DNA of 64,000 nt. It comes from Octopus vulgaris. Lineage: Eukaryota. Where the stretch lies: positions 33,604,001 through 33,668,000 of the forward strand of contig OX597842.1 of the NCBI GenBank assembly GCA_951406725.2. The letters are read 5' to 3'. The translations under genes and the position numbers were made by a program. Shown here one piece after another: positions 1 through 12,756 of the stretch. The notes under the pieces are model-generated. The model saw only the letters and a program-made list of their open reading frames with translations, was not told the origin of the DNA and ran no database searches. Position 1 is the stretch's first letter, and every line of letters starts with the position of its first letter.

Positions 1-393
1 TATTTTTTTGTGTGTGTTGAAATTTTTTTTTATTTTTTGTTATGTTTTTCTTGTTCGTATTCAGACATCGATGCATATATGAACGATTTATTGTACAGAA
101 AGAGAGAGAGAGAGAGAGAGAAGCTTGTATATAGCCACATATACCACTACGATATACATACACATATACATATGTGTGTGTATGTATATATTCTTCATAA
201 AAAAGCAGAAAAAATATCATAAAAAGCAGTTAGTCTGTTTCACGTTACAGTTCTGATACACACACACACACACACACATATATACATACATATTCACATA
301 CATATATATATACACATACATATACACATACATATATATATACACACACATATATATATATGCACACATACATATATATATACACATACATAT

Positions 394-442
<49 letters not shown>

Positions 443-649
443 TATATATGCACACATACATATATATATATAAATATATTCAAGAAGCAATTCGAGGGTT
501 GTAAACAATATCGAACACACATACACAAAGTATATATTTTGTTAGTTCGTGGGTAGGCTGCGCTTTTAGGCGTAAGAGAATATATTCTCATTGATACCCT
601 TGGTGTTAAAGATAAGCGAGATAATTCGCATCAGTCCCCGTTCTTCCTT

Positions 650-1026
650 TTATTCTTTTATTTGCTTCAGTCATTTGTCTGCGGCCATGCTGGAGCACAG
701 CCTTTAGTCGAACAATTCGACCCCAGGACTCATTCTTTGTACGCCTGGTACTTATTCTATCGGTCTTGTTTTACCGAATCGCTATGTTATAGGAACATGA
801 ACACACCAACATCGGTTGTCAAGCGAAGGGGGGGGACAAACACACACACAAATATATATATGCGACGGGCTTCTTTCAGTTTCCATCCACCAAATTCACT
901 CGCAAGGCTTTGATCGGCCCGAAGCTATAGTAGAAGACACTTGCCCAAGGTGTAAGGCAGTGGGACTGAACCCAGATCCATGTGGTTGGTAAGCAAGCTT
1001 CTTACCACAGAGCCACTCCTGCGCCT
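650..1026 (-). mobile_element. tRNA-derived SINE family A (abundant octopus-type SINE), near full length
   Basis: Reverse complement of the head GGCGCAGGAGTGGCT..TGGTAAG..GGTTCAGTCCC (A/B-box-like) and tail GCTCCAGCATGGCCGCAG..GACTGAA shared with many other copies in the window. Confidence 0.85.
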
Positions 1027-1064
1027 ATATATATATATACACATATATAAACACATATATATAT

Positions 1065-1122
<58 letters not shown>

Positions 1123-1154
1123 CATGCATACACACACACAAAGATATATGAGCC

Positions 1155-1297
1155 TTTCTATTATAGGCACAAGGCCTGAAATCTAGGGGTGGGGCTAATC
1201 GATTACATCGACCCCAGTGTTTTACTGGTACTTAATTTATCGACGCCGAAAGGATGAGAGGCTAAGTCGACCGCAGTGGAATTTGAAATGAGAGCGT
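1155..1297 (-). mobile_element. SINE family D (Nin-domain-like) fragment
   Basis: ACCCCAGTG..CTGGTACTTAATTTATCGAC..GAAAGGATGA..AAGTCGACC..GGAATTTGAA, same as copies at 8.2, 11.4, 41.8, 49.1 and 55 kb. Confidence 0.7.
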
Positions 1298-2047
1298 AAA
1301 GTATGATATATAATAACAGACATACAAACGCATATATACGCACACCCGCAGAAACATGCACACGCATATATACACATATACCTACACATGTATAAACACA
1401 TTATATACACACACAAACACACACACACACACACACACATGAGTATATACGCGCGCACACATTGTTATTATATTCACATAAGAGCCATCGTTGTCTCCAG
1501 GAACGTCATTGAACATTCAATTTTAACACACATACATACACATCTCCTTTACCCTTACTTACACTCCATTTTCTCAAACATTTTAAGAACCGCTGTCCTT
1601 TTTCCCCCGACGTAATTCCTTCCCTTACGCACCAGCCCCAACCTATTTATTAAACATGCCATATTTTAATCCCCCCCTCAGTCTTCCTGTATATCGAGTG
1701 AGACTTGCTGTATAACAAGTTAATCGTCATCGATTCTGGGGTATTATACAATCAATTATGGTGTATATATTTTCGTTATACATACGTGTGTGTTTGTGTG
1801 CACGTGTATGTTTTCATATGGAAATGTTTCAGAATGTTGAAATCGATTCATATTTTAAAATCGGTTTTGAAAAATTGATTTCCTCTTTACATATATCTAG
1901 CATTGCACTTTTGTGTACATGTGTGTGTGCATACATGTGTGTATGTATATATAAACGAGTATATGTATATATATATATGTGTGTGTGTGTGTGTATATCT
2001 ATATATATATGTGTGTGTATCTGTATATATATATATGTATGTATATT

Positions 2048-2101
<54 letters not shown>

Positions 2102-2235
2102 TATGCACACACAAACTTTTACATGTACGTATACATAAATATTGATATAAACACACATGAGAATTTGTATTTACCTGGTTATGTAAATATAAATTTATAT
2201 ACAGCCAGAGCAGTATATAAATATTCGTATTTGTA

Positions 2236-2392
2236 TACGAGGTGGTATCAAAAGGTTCCCTCACGAGTTATGTTTAATAAAGAAATTGATCATTTACCTA
2301 TATTTTAACATCATCTCATTCGAAACAGTCACCTTGCGCAGCAGCACACCACTCTGAGCGAATCTGCCACCTTTGGAATCGATCCTGAATGT
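2236..2392 (-). mobile_element. Tc1/mariner relic: transposase C-terminus plus 3' TIR
   Basis: Minus-strand peptide ..FQRWQIRSEWCAAAQGDCFE* resembles the mariner C-terminal W..RW..C....GDYFE motif; terminus TA-CGAGGTGGTATCAAAAGGTTCC is a mariner-like TIR with a TA target. Confidence 0.7.
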
Positions 2393-3099
2393 TTAATATG
2401 TAAACTGGTCTGTGCAATAGTGTTACATTACTAAACTTAGTGGCTATGTAAACAATGTGTTCGCGGATGGCTGTTTGGTTGGATTTGGCACTGATAAAAC
2501 AGCAACAACTCCTGAAATTGGTATATACACCCATTACCCATTTTCTCTCTTTGATCACACTGTTTACATAGACATTCGTAAACAAAATCTTGTGACTTTC
2601 AGTGCAATCTTTAATTTCTATAAAATATCTGTACAGAGAACTTTGAAGGTATTTGATGTTTTGATCTTCATATATCCGACATTTTGATGGCAACCATTTT
2701 AATTTTTAATTTTCTTTTCGGTTTGTTGGACGTTTTTTAAGCGCATCGAATCTCATAAATGTGAAACAAGGCGGAGAAAAGAGTACTCAAATACAAGAGG
2801 TAGAGTAATATACTTTATTAAACAGCAGGAGAAATATCAGAGTTTCACGTTCGTGATCGTCGGACAGTTTTGGACGAACGGGAACATGATTCTGAGTAAC
2901 AATTTTTGTGATATTTCTGCTGTTTTTAATAAAGTATACGTGTGTGTGTGTGTGTGTGTGTGTGCGCCATAGTAGAAGACATGTATGTATATATATGTGT
3001 ACGCATTTATGTATGCGTAGGTGACTGACTGTGAGTGTGTGTGTATGTGTGAGTTAGTACAACAGTCATCTTAAGAAAGGAAAATGAACCATCTGCCTT

Positions 3100-4335
3100 C
3101 ACCATCATCATCGACACCCTTCTCATCATCTCCGTCGTCATCATTACCATCATCATCATTATCATCATCATCATAACATCATCATCATTATCATAATATC
3201 ATTATCATAATTATTCTCTTCGTCATCATTATCGTTGCCATGACAACAAACCTCAAAGCTACAAACCACCACCACTACCACCACTACTACTACTACTACT
3301 ACTACGAAGAAGAAGAAGAAGAAGAAGAAGAAGAAGAAGAAGAAGAAAAAGAAGACGTAAAAGAAGAAGAAAAAGGAGAAGAAGAAGAAGAAGAGAAGAA
3401 GGAAAATAAGAAGAAGAAGAAGAAGAAGAACCACAACAACAACAACTACTACAATACAACCATCACCATCATCATAAGTATTATATCAACTACCACCCGC
3501 ACCATCATCGTCACCACCACCACCACCACCACAACAACACAAACCTCACAAGCGGTACAAGAGACACTCCACCGATTTTACCGTCGCCGCTGCCGTCGCG
3601 AGCCCGCCCTTCCGCAACCCCCGGCCGCCGTCACCATGACATCAGCGGCAGTGCAGAAGACAAGACAACCCAGAACGCCGCCTAGCGGGGTGGCGGGGTG
3701 ATGATGCGATCTTTGATGGATCGGCGGCGTGGGTGGGGTGGGGTGGAAGGGGGATCAAGAGGAACGATCTCAGCGGGCGGGGTAAAGATGGCGGCGGCGG
3801 TGGTGGTGGTGGTGGTGGTGATGATGATGCTGGTGGTGGTGGTGGTGGTTGCGGTGGTAGTGGTGACGGTTGCGATGTTGATGGTGGTGATAGTGATGGT
3901 TGTAGTAGTGATGATGGTGGTGGTGAAATTGCTGTTGATGGTTGCATTGATGGTGGTAGTGGTGGTGGTGGTGGTGGTGGTTGTAGAGGTGGTATTCGTG
4001 GTGGTGATAGTAGTGATACTGGTTGTGGTGATGGTTGTTGCAGAGACGTTTGTGGTGATGATGAAGTTGGTGGTGCTGGTTGTAGTGGTAGTAGTAGAGG
4101 CGGAAGTTGTGGCAATTTTTGTGGTGATAGTGGTGGTGGTGGTGGTGGTGGTGATGGTAGTGGTAGTGGAGGTGGCAGCGAAGGTGGTGGTGGCGGTGGT
4201 TGTGGTAATAATTGTAGTGATAGTAATGGTGGTGGTGGTGGTGGTGGTGGTGGTGATGGTAGTGGAGGTGGTAGTGATGGTGGTGGTGGTAGTGGATTTG
4301 TTGGCATTGGCGGTAGTGTTGGTGGTGATATTTGA
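3100..4335. repeat. Compound trinucleotide low-complexity region, (CAT)n/(GAA)n/(CAC)n/(GGT)n, around a CpG-rich unique island at 3560-3800
   Basis: Direct inspection; explains the poly-P/H/V/G ORFs. Confidence 0.9.
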
Positions 4336-4657
4336 ATGTCGGGGTGGTCGCCAGTGTCACCACCGTAGTCGTTGCCGAGATGGCGGGGTGGTGGCTGCAA
4401 AATAAATTTGCAGGTGGTAGAAGCATGAAAATATCTGAACTCCCCCCAAGGCACGGGGGTGGGGAGCGAGGTAGAGGACGAAGTAAAGGGCGTTCGGGAA
4501 TCGGGAAAAGAGAGAAGAGGGGGCGACGTCTGTTGGCGGGGTACGGTGAAGCAAAAATTTTGTTCGTATGGTGGTGTAGATCGACGAAGGTATTTCGGGT
4601 GGAAGTTCCTCTTGCAAGGGTAAAGGGTGCATCTTTGAGTGTATTTGACAAAAAAGA

Positions 4658-5271
4658 TGCCTTGTGAGTGGATTTGGTAGACGGAAACTGAAAGAAGCCT
4701 GTCGTATATATGTATATATATATATATATGTATGTGTGTGTATACGTTTGTGTGTCTGTGTTTGTCCCCCTAGCATTGCTTGACAACCGATGCTGGCGTG
4801 TTTACGTCCCCATCACTTAGCGGTTCGGCAAAAGAGACCGATAGAATAAGTAGCTTGCTTACCAACCACATGGTTCCGGGTTCAGTCCCACTGCGTGGCA
4901 TCATGGGCAAATATCTTCTGCTATAGCCCCGGGCCGACCAATGCCTTGTGAGTGGATTTGGTAGACGGAAACTGAAAGAAGCCTGTCGTATATATGTATA
5001 TATATATATATATGTATGTGTGTGTATACGTTTGTGTGTCTGTGTTTGTCCCCCTAGCATTGCTTGACAACCGATGCTGGCGTGTTTACGTCCCCATCAC
5101 TTAGCGGTTCGGCAAAAGAGACCGATAGAATAAGTAGCTTGCTTACCAACCACATGGTTCCGGGTTCAGTCCCACTGCGTGGCATCATGGGCAAATATCT
5201 TCTGCTATAGCCCCGGGCCGACCAATGCCTTGTGAGTGGATTTGGTAGACGGAAACTGAAAGAAGCCTGTC

Positions 5272-5315
<44 letters not shown>

Positions 5316-5540
5316 ATACGTTTGTGTGTCTGTGTTTGTCCCCCTAGCATTGCTTGACAACCGATGCTGGTGTGTTTACGTCCCCGTTACTTAGCGGTTC
5401 GGCAAAAAAGAGACCGATAGAATAAGTACTGGGCTTACAAAAGAATAAGTCCCGGGGTCGATTTGCTCGACTAAAGGCGGTGCTCCAGCATTGCCGCAGT
5501 CAAATGACTGAAACAAGTAAAAGCGTAAAAGCGTAAAGCG
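4658..5540 (+). mobile_element. Tandem trimer of SINE family A (period 284-290 bp)
   Basis: Three near-identical SINE bodies (repeat ORFs ending 4776, 5060, 5350); only the last carries the 3' tail. Confidence 0.9.
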
Positions 5541-5792
5541 TAAAACTAAAAAAAACCACGAAATATTATCCTGTCAAAGGGCGGATAAGCGCATTCCGGG
5601 CTAATGATTCCACACTTAGGGAAAACAATGGTAAACCGCCCAAATATCTCTGCCAAGAAAACACTATGAGAAAGTTAGAACGAAGTAACAGTGAGCCATC
5701 CGATGGGAGAACTCGCGCTAAATTGGGAAAACTTACAGTGTAGTGTTATCAAAACTTTATAAAAGCGTACACTACAAGACCACGAGAAGAAC

Positions 5793-7596
5793 GAAAGGTA
5801 AAGTTAGTGTTAGTCTTCTATTATAATTCCATTGACATATTGGATGTTTTATAGGAATATTAAATCTACCCCAGTATATCACTGCTACTTTATTTAATCA
5901 ACCCCACAACAATGAAAGGTAAAGTTAGTGTTAGTCTTCTATTATAATTCCATTGACATCTTGGATGTTTTATAGGAATATTAAATCTACCCCAGTATGT
6001 CACTGCTACTTTATTTAATCAACCCCACAACAATGAAAGGTAAAGTTAGTGTTAGTCTTCTATTATAATTCCATTGACATATTGGATGTTTTATAGGAAT
6101 ATTAAATCTACCACAGTATATCACTGCTACTTTATTTAATCAACCCCACAACAATGAAAGGTAAAGTTAGTGTTAGTCTTCTATTATAATTCCATTGACA
6201 TCTCGGATGTTTTATAGGAATATTAAATCTACCCCAGTATATCACTGCTACTTTATTTTAATCAACCCCACAACAATGAAAGGTAAAGTTAGTGTTAGTC
6301 TTCTATTATAATTCCATTGACATCTTGGATGTTTTATAGGAATATTAAATCTACCCCAGTATATCACTGCTACTTTATTTAATCAACCCCACAACAATGA
6401 AAGGTAAAGTTAGTGTTAGTCTTCTATTATAATTCCATTGACATCTTGGATGTTTTATAGGAATATTAAATCTACCCCAGTATATCACTGCTACTTTATT
6501 TAATCAACCCCACAACAATGAAAGGTAAAGTTAGTGTTAGTCTTCTATTATAATTCCATTGACATCTTGGATGTTTTATAGGAATATTAAATCTACCCCA
6601 GTATGTCACTGCTACTTTATTTAATCAACCCCACAACAATGAAAGGTAAAGTTAGTGTTAGTCTTCTATTATAATTCCATTGACATCTTGGATGTTTTAT
6701 AGGAATATTAAATCTACCCCAGTATGTCACTGCTACTTTATTTAATCAACCCCACAACAATGAAAGGTAAAGTTAGTGTTAGTCTTCTATTATAATTCCA
6801 TTGACATCTTGGATGTTTTATAGGAATATTAAATCTACCCCAGTATGTCACTGCTACTTTATTTAATCAACCCCACAACAATGAAAGGTAAAGTTAGTGT
6901 TAGTCTTCTATTATAATTCCATTGACATCTTGGATGTTTTATAGGAATATTAAATCTACCCCAGTATGTCACTGCTACTTTATTTAATCAACCCCACAAC
7001 AATGAAAGGTAAAGTTAATGTTAGTCTTCTGTTATAATTCCATTGACATCTTGGATGTTTTATAGGAATATTAAATCTACCCCAGTATATCACTGCTACT
7101 TTATTTAATCAACCCCACAACAATGAAAGGTAAAGTTAGTGTTAGTCTTCTATTATAATTCCATTGACATCTTGGATGTTTTATAGGAATATTAAATCTA
7201 CCCCAGTATGTCACTGCTACTTTATTTAATCAACCCCACAACAATGAAAGGTAAAGTTAGTGTTAGTCTTCTATTATAATTCCATTGACATCTTGGATGT
7301 TTTATAGGAATATTAAATCTACCCCAGTATATCACTGCTACTTTATTTTATCAACCCCACAACAATGAAAGGTAAAGTTAGTGTTAGTCTTCTATTATAA
7401 TTCCATTGACATCTTGGATGTTTTATAGGAATATTAAATCTACCACAGTATATCACTGCTACTTTATTTTATCAACCCCACAACAATGAAAGGTAAAGTT
7501 AGTGTTAGTCTTCTATTATAATTTCATTGACATCTTGGATGTTTTATAGGAATATTAAATCTACCCCAGTATATCACTGCTACTTTATTTTATCAA
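5793..7596. repeat. Tandem satellite, 121-bp unit, about 15 copies
   Basis: GAAAGGTAAAGTTAG recurs at 5793, 5914, 6035 and onward; units differ by a few substitutions or 1-bp indels. Confidence 0.97.
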
Positions 7597-8109
7597 GGCA
7601 ATGTCAAATCGCCCAAATGTTTTTGCCAAGAAAGTACTATGAAAAAATCACAACGAAGTAAAATTGGTTTCATTCGATGATGGGAGAACTCGCGCTTAAA
7701 CTGGAAGATTTTCGCTGTTGTGCCATCAACACTCCGCAAAAGCGTACGATACTTGTCGACGACAACGAGACGCCATGAAAAATGTTTTTAATAAGCACAT
7801 ATGGTATCAACAAGACCAACGACCGCCTGTGTCACGTCATGTCGAAAACTTTTCACTTGTAATCACAGAAAATAATCTACAACCACGCACCGTGCGTTGC
7901 CCCCACACGTATTTCCTTCACGCACAGATCACTTAATCCTAGCAACCACTGATACACTGGGTTGACCCTACCTTCGACCTTCTTTTATTTGTTCACCCGA
8001 CAAAAATAATTGATAACAAATTTGGGAAAATTTACGGAGTTTCATCGTTTCGTAGTTTTTTTTTTTTTATTTATTTAGTCATTTTTCTTTTCTTTTTTTT
8101 TTCTTTCTT

Positions 8110-8166
<57 letters not shown>

Positions 8167-8168
<2 letters not shown>

Positions 8169-8377
8169 CTGGCAGAATCGTTAGCACGCCGGGCGAAATA
8201 CTTAGCGGCATTTCGTCCGTCTTTACGTTCTGAGTTCAAATTCCGCCGAGGTCGACTTTGCCTTACATACTTTCGTGCTCGATTAAATAAGTACCAGTAA
8301 AACACTGGGGTCGATATAATTGACTTAATCACTTTGTCTGTCCTTGTTAGTCCCCTCCGTGTTTAGCCCTCTGTGGG

Positions 8378-8380
<3 letters not shown>
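8167..8380 (+). mobile_element. SINE family D (Nin-domain-like)
   Basis: tRNA-like head GCTGGCAGAATCGTTAGCACGCC..GAGTTCAAATTC followed by GTCGACTTTGCC..AAGTACCAG..CTGGGGTCGAT. Confidence 0.8.
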
Positions 8381-8421
<41 letters not shown>

Positions 8422-8529
8422 TTGTGTATGTATGTGTGTGTGTGCGTGCGTGTAAAGTATGTTTGCATATATATTGGTACGTATATATAATTGTATGAAT
8501 ACGCGTGTATATGTTTATGTATGTGCATG

Positions 8530-8611
<82 letters not shown>

Positions 8612-8712
8612 GTTAATCCCCCAAAAATGAAGAACAAACATGAAAAAACAACAACGCGATGTCGTGGCACATGTAAAATGTTAGCAGACGCTCAAGGAAG
8701 GAAAGAAAGATG

Positions 8713-8747
8713 GTTTAACGTTTCGAGCAGAGCTCTTCTTCAGAAAC
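8713..8747 (-). ncRNA. Minimal type I hammerhead ribozyme motif (Penelope-type) inside a ~200-bp repeat (8612-8830)
   Basis: Minus strand GTTT-CTGAAGA-A-GAGC-tct-GCTC-GAAAC-GTT-AAAC: intact core, 4-bp stem II, palindromic ACGT stem III, 4-bp stem I. Confidence 0.7.
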
Positions 8748-8831
8748 AGGAGACGGAGGAAAGTCCAAGAGAAAAGGAAGGCGGAGGGAAAAAAAATCGG
8801 CATTTTCACATGTGGTTACATTTTTAAAATG

Positions 8832-8921
<90 letters not shown>

Positions 8922-9169
8922 TTTATATCTATATAATGTATATTTGTATGCATGTATAGATATATGTGTGTGTGTATATACGCGCGCGAATGTGAGTTGT
9001 ATAAGATGCACATTCACAGAATCGTGCAATTATCACAGTAAGCTCCTCTTACGGATTCGGCTAACAGTCCACTTAATAATCTATTTCACTCTAGCATAAT
9101 ACAGGGGTATCCATGTTACTGAAAATCCAGAAGATCCCTTAAACTTCATTTCCATGAATTTGTGAATAT

Positions 9170-9450
9170 ACATGTGTTCGATACCGGAAGATGCGATGTG
9201 TCCCTGGGCCACACACTTATATTTCACATTGCTTCGGTCCACTCAGCTGGCAAAAATGAGTTGTACCTGGAATTCAAAAAGGGGCCAGCCTTGTCACATT
9301 CTTTGTCGGGGGTGAATATCTTTGAGAACTGCTTTTAGGATACTCCTATCTGTGGTGTCCTGAGCCACTTGCAGTTTAATTCCACGAGAAGGCTCTTTCG
9401 TTGATCCGATCAACTGGTACACTCGTCGTCGTAACCGACGGAATACCAGT
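9170..9450 (+). mobile_element. Degenerate SINE (CORE-like segment joined to family B body and tail)
   Basis: CACTCAGCTGGCAAAAATGAG then GGGCCAGCCTTGTCAC..GATCAACTGG..GTCGTCGTAACCGACGG, matching the element at 42111-42499. Confidence 0.7.
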
Positions 9451-9762
9451 CTTTTTCTAAACAAGATTTGTTGTTCTAGTTATTGTTGTTGCTGCTCTTG
9501 TTGTTGTTGTTGTTGTTGTCCTCATTCCGTATAGCACTAGTCATGTTGTGATTGCTTGTTAATAACATGGCGGAAGTAGCGTTCCGTTGTTGCAGTTTCC
9601 ATTGTGCACGCATGCGCGAAGTGTGTGTATGTGACCATTTATATACACATATATGAATATATACATAGCTATATAGCTGTGTGTGTTTGTGAAACTGTAC
9701 ATATATATATAACTACGTGCCTGATCTCTGTGTATGCGTATATGTATCACGTTATGTAGGTA

Positions 9763-9815
<53 letters not shown>

Positions 9816-10303
9816 TGCACATGTATCATATATATATATATATACGAACATATACACATCTGTACATATAAATTATAAATTCATGTATATAAAAATATAC
9901 ATTCAGACACATATACACACACATACATATATACACAAACGTACATCTGCATATACACACATATACATACACATATCTGCATATACACACATATGCATAC
10001 ACACACACACACACATCTCCATATACACACGTATACATACACACACATCTCCATATATACACATATACATACATCTCCAAATACACAGATATACATACAT
10101 ACACACATACACACATATATATATACATGCATGAGAATGTCACTGAATTATTGATTGTATTGGTGTGTATGTATGTGTATATAAGATATATATATATATG
10201 TGTATGTGTGTACATTTATGTGAGGAAATGTTTGCACATGCGTATACGGTTGCAAAAATATCTTTGCGCATGCATGCATATATGCACAAGTACATACATA
10301 CAT

Positions 10304-10356
<53 letters not shown>

Positions 10357-10357
10357 C

Positions 10358-10401
<44 letters not shown>

Positions 10402-10701
10402 GTGTGTATTTATGAGAATTTCTCTGTGAATTCTTGTCGCTTGTCCTCCATATTTGTTTTTTCTTCTCGTAATTCTCATCATCTTTGTCACAGCTGTTGG
10501 AGAGATTTTTTTTTCCTTGTCATTCTATTTATTCGATGTGTAATTAGATTGTTGTTGTTGCTGTTGTTGTTGTTGTTTTTGTTTGTATTGTCGTTGTCGT
10601 GGTTACCGCAAATGCTGTACTTTTTTTTTTTTGTCGTTCTGTTTATTATAGTACATCAACAATACGGGAAACGTATACGACGTTGCTCGTTAGCAAATTG
10701 A

Positions 10702-10770
<69 letters not shown>

Positions 10771-10782
10771 TAATAGTAATAA

Positions 10783-10935
10783 CTAGCAGTATCGCCCGGC
10801 GTTGCTCGGGTTTGTAAGGGAAATAACTATATAAGCATTTTTAGAGATGTAAACTGCACCGCAAAATGTGGGAGTAGTTAGGAATCTAAATCGTAGGAGA
10901 CAGACAGCACACAACCTCTCTTTTATATATAAAGA
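10783..10935 (-). mobile_element. Non-autonomous Helitron-like element (153 bp)
   Basis: Minus strand A|TCTTTATATATAAA ... CCCGAGCAACGCCGGG hairpin ... CTAG|T; no TSD; same termini as the element at 53116-53519. Confidence 0.8.
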
Positions 10936-10954
10936 TAATAAATCCTTAAATCCT

Positions 10955-11292
10955 TAAAAATGTTTTAGCCCGAAGGCCGCGGCCATGCTGGGGCAGCACC
11001 GCTGAATGAGCTACTCTAATATGTGAATCCACCTCTGATACGTGGCACTTGGTCAACAAGGGAGTTCGATACCGCTGCCCGCGTCTCCTGCCCAGAGGTA
11101 GGTTCATCTGGGACTCCCGACAAGAAGAGATCCAGTTTAGTTTTAAAGAAACTCACATCCACACCATGCAAGTCTCTCAGGCATTTAGGGAGGATGTTAA
11201 ACAGCTGTGGTCCTCTGAAACCCAAGCTGTTGCAGTATCTGGTCCTGTATTTTGATGGTGATGTTGGAATCCTTGGCACCATGCAGTGGCGA
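10955..11292 (-). mobile_element. 3' end of a CR1/L2-group LINE (ORF2 C-terminus plus 3' UTR), 5'-truncated
   Basis: Peptide ..NSLGFRGPQLFNILPKCLRDL..FKTKLDLFLSGVPDEP..SNSLVDQ is typical of the CR1-group ORF2 C-terminus. Confidence 0.85.
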
Positions 11293-11304
11293 ATAATTGC
11301 TTCT

Positions 11305-11492
11305 ACTAAAGCTGCAAGGCTTGAAACTTTGGGGGATGATGCCAGTCGATCAAAACGACCCCAGTGTTTCACTGGTACTTAATTTATCGACCCCGAAAGG
11401 ATGAAAGATAAAGTGGACCTCGGCAGGATTTGAACTAAGAAGAAGCGACGAGCGAAACACCCCAAAGTATTTCGCTTGTCGCGGTAACGAAT
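11305..11492 (-). mobile_element. SINE family D (Nin-domain-like)
   Basis: CGACCCCAGTGTTTCACTGGTACTTAATTTATCGACCCCGAAAGGATGAAAG core. Confidence 0.75.
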
Positions 11493-11506
11493 TATCATTA
11501 TTATTG

Positions 11507-12035
11507 AGTGAGAGAGTAGTGCATGTCATCAAAGTGACACTGGGGTAAAATATATGAAGCCCAGTATACCCATCATGACTACCCGTCTGATAAGCGTACA
11601 CTGTGCACCAAAGCCATATGTGTGCGACATGGTGATCTTATATCAAGATAAACAGCACATGACCTTGCAGGTGGGGCCCAGTTAGAATTTTATTCAGGTC
11701 GAGTAACCCATCCTGCTCAAAAGGTCCCTGAATAAGGACTGTTTAAGGATGTTGAACGAAACACCCATGTTTCCAGAGGTGAATTATCCTAACCTTTAAG
11801 AATCCCTCTCAACACATGGCTATGATGCTCCCCCACTACTTCTGCTCGTGATCAGAGATGCACATATCGTCAGCCACTAAGGGACATGCTCAACTGGTTA
11901 AGGTCAAACAACTGACAAGCAAATCTGTGGTACTGAGCAGAATATTTGCTGTAGCCCATCTTTTATACCAAGACAAAACAATGTTCATGATAACACTTCC
12001 AATCAGTTAAGATCAGGAGCCATGAGAGCCACTGT
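11507..12035 (-). mobile_element. ~530-bp interspersed repeat, probable SINE (family F); second copy in opposite orientation at 31865-32272
   Basis: Long alignable match between 11520-11930 and the reverse complement of 31865-32272; ends at a (TTA)n tract; strand inferred from tail position. Confidence 0.7.
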
Positions 12036-12037
12036 CT

Positions 12038-12077
<40 letters not shown>

Positions 12078-12337
12078 CATCATTATTATTATTTCCTTTT
12101 TTTGTGACTTCCTGTGAGAAATATTCGCGATTAGCTCTCACACATTTGTTTTCTCTTTCAAACTATTGTTGGTGTCCTTGTACGTGTGTGGTTACGGTTA
12201 TTGTTGTTGATGTTGTTGTTGGAGTCGTTATTATGACTTTATTGTCATCTCAAATGCTGTAGAGGTTTTGTTTTATTGATATTAGAGAACTGTAACACTC
12301 GTACGCACGCACACACAAACATGCTTACGTATTTATG

Positions 12338-12383
<46 letters not shown>

Positions 12384-12387
12384 AACA

Positions 12388-12756
12388 GGCACAGCTTTGT
12401 GGTAAGTAGCTTGCTTACCAACCACATGGTTCCGGGTTCAGTCCCACTGCGTGGCACCTTGGACAAGTGTCTTCTGCTATAGCCTCGGGCCGACCAAAGC
12501 CTTGTGAGTGGATTTGGTAGACGGAAACTGAAAGAAGCCTGACGTATATATGTATATATATGTATGTGCGAGTGTATGTTTGTGTGTCTGTGTTTGTTCC
12601 CCTAGCATTGCTTGGCAACCGATGCTGGTGTGTTTACGTCCCCGTAACTTACCGGTTCGGCAAAAGAGACCGATAGAATAAGTACTGGGCTTACAAAGAA
12701 TAAGTCCCGGGTTCGAATTGCTCGACTAAAGCCGGTGCTCCAGCATGGCCGCAGTT
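12388..12756 (+). mobile_element. SINE family A
   Basis: Head, internal microsatellite and tail match the other copies. Confidence 0.88.

Noticed and set aside
2835-2870. Further hammerhead-like remnants (also ~20240 and ~59204)
   Set aside because: Core or stems are too degenerate to call
3642-4786. Proline-rich 270-aa and histidine-rich 338-aa minus-strand ORFs
   Set aside because: Driven by (CAC)n; several overlapping frames are open, the longer one starts inside a SINE, and no domain or convincing splice sites are seen; cannot be fully excluded
5793-7596. 121-bp array as a CRISPR array or retrozyme
   Set aside because: No unique spacers, no cas genes, eukaryotic context, and no hammerhead core found in the unit
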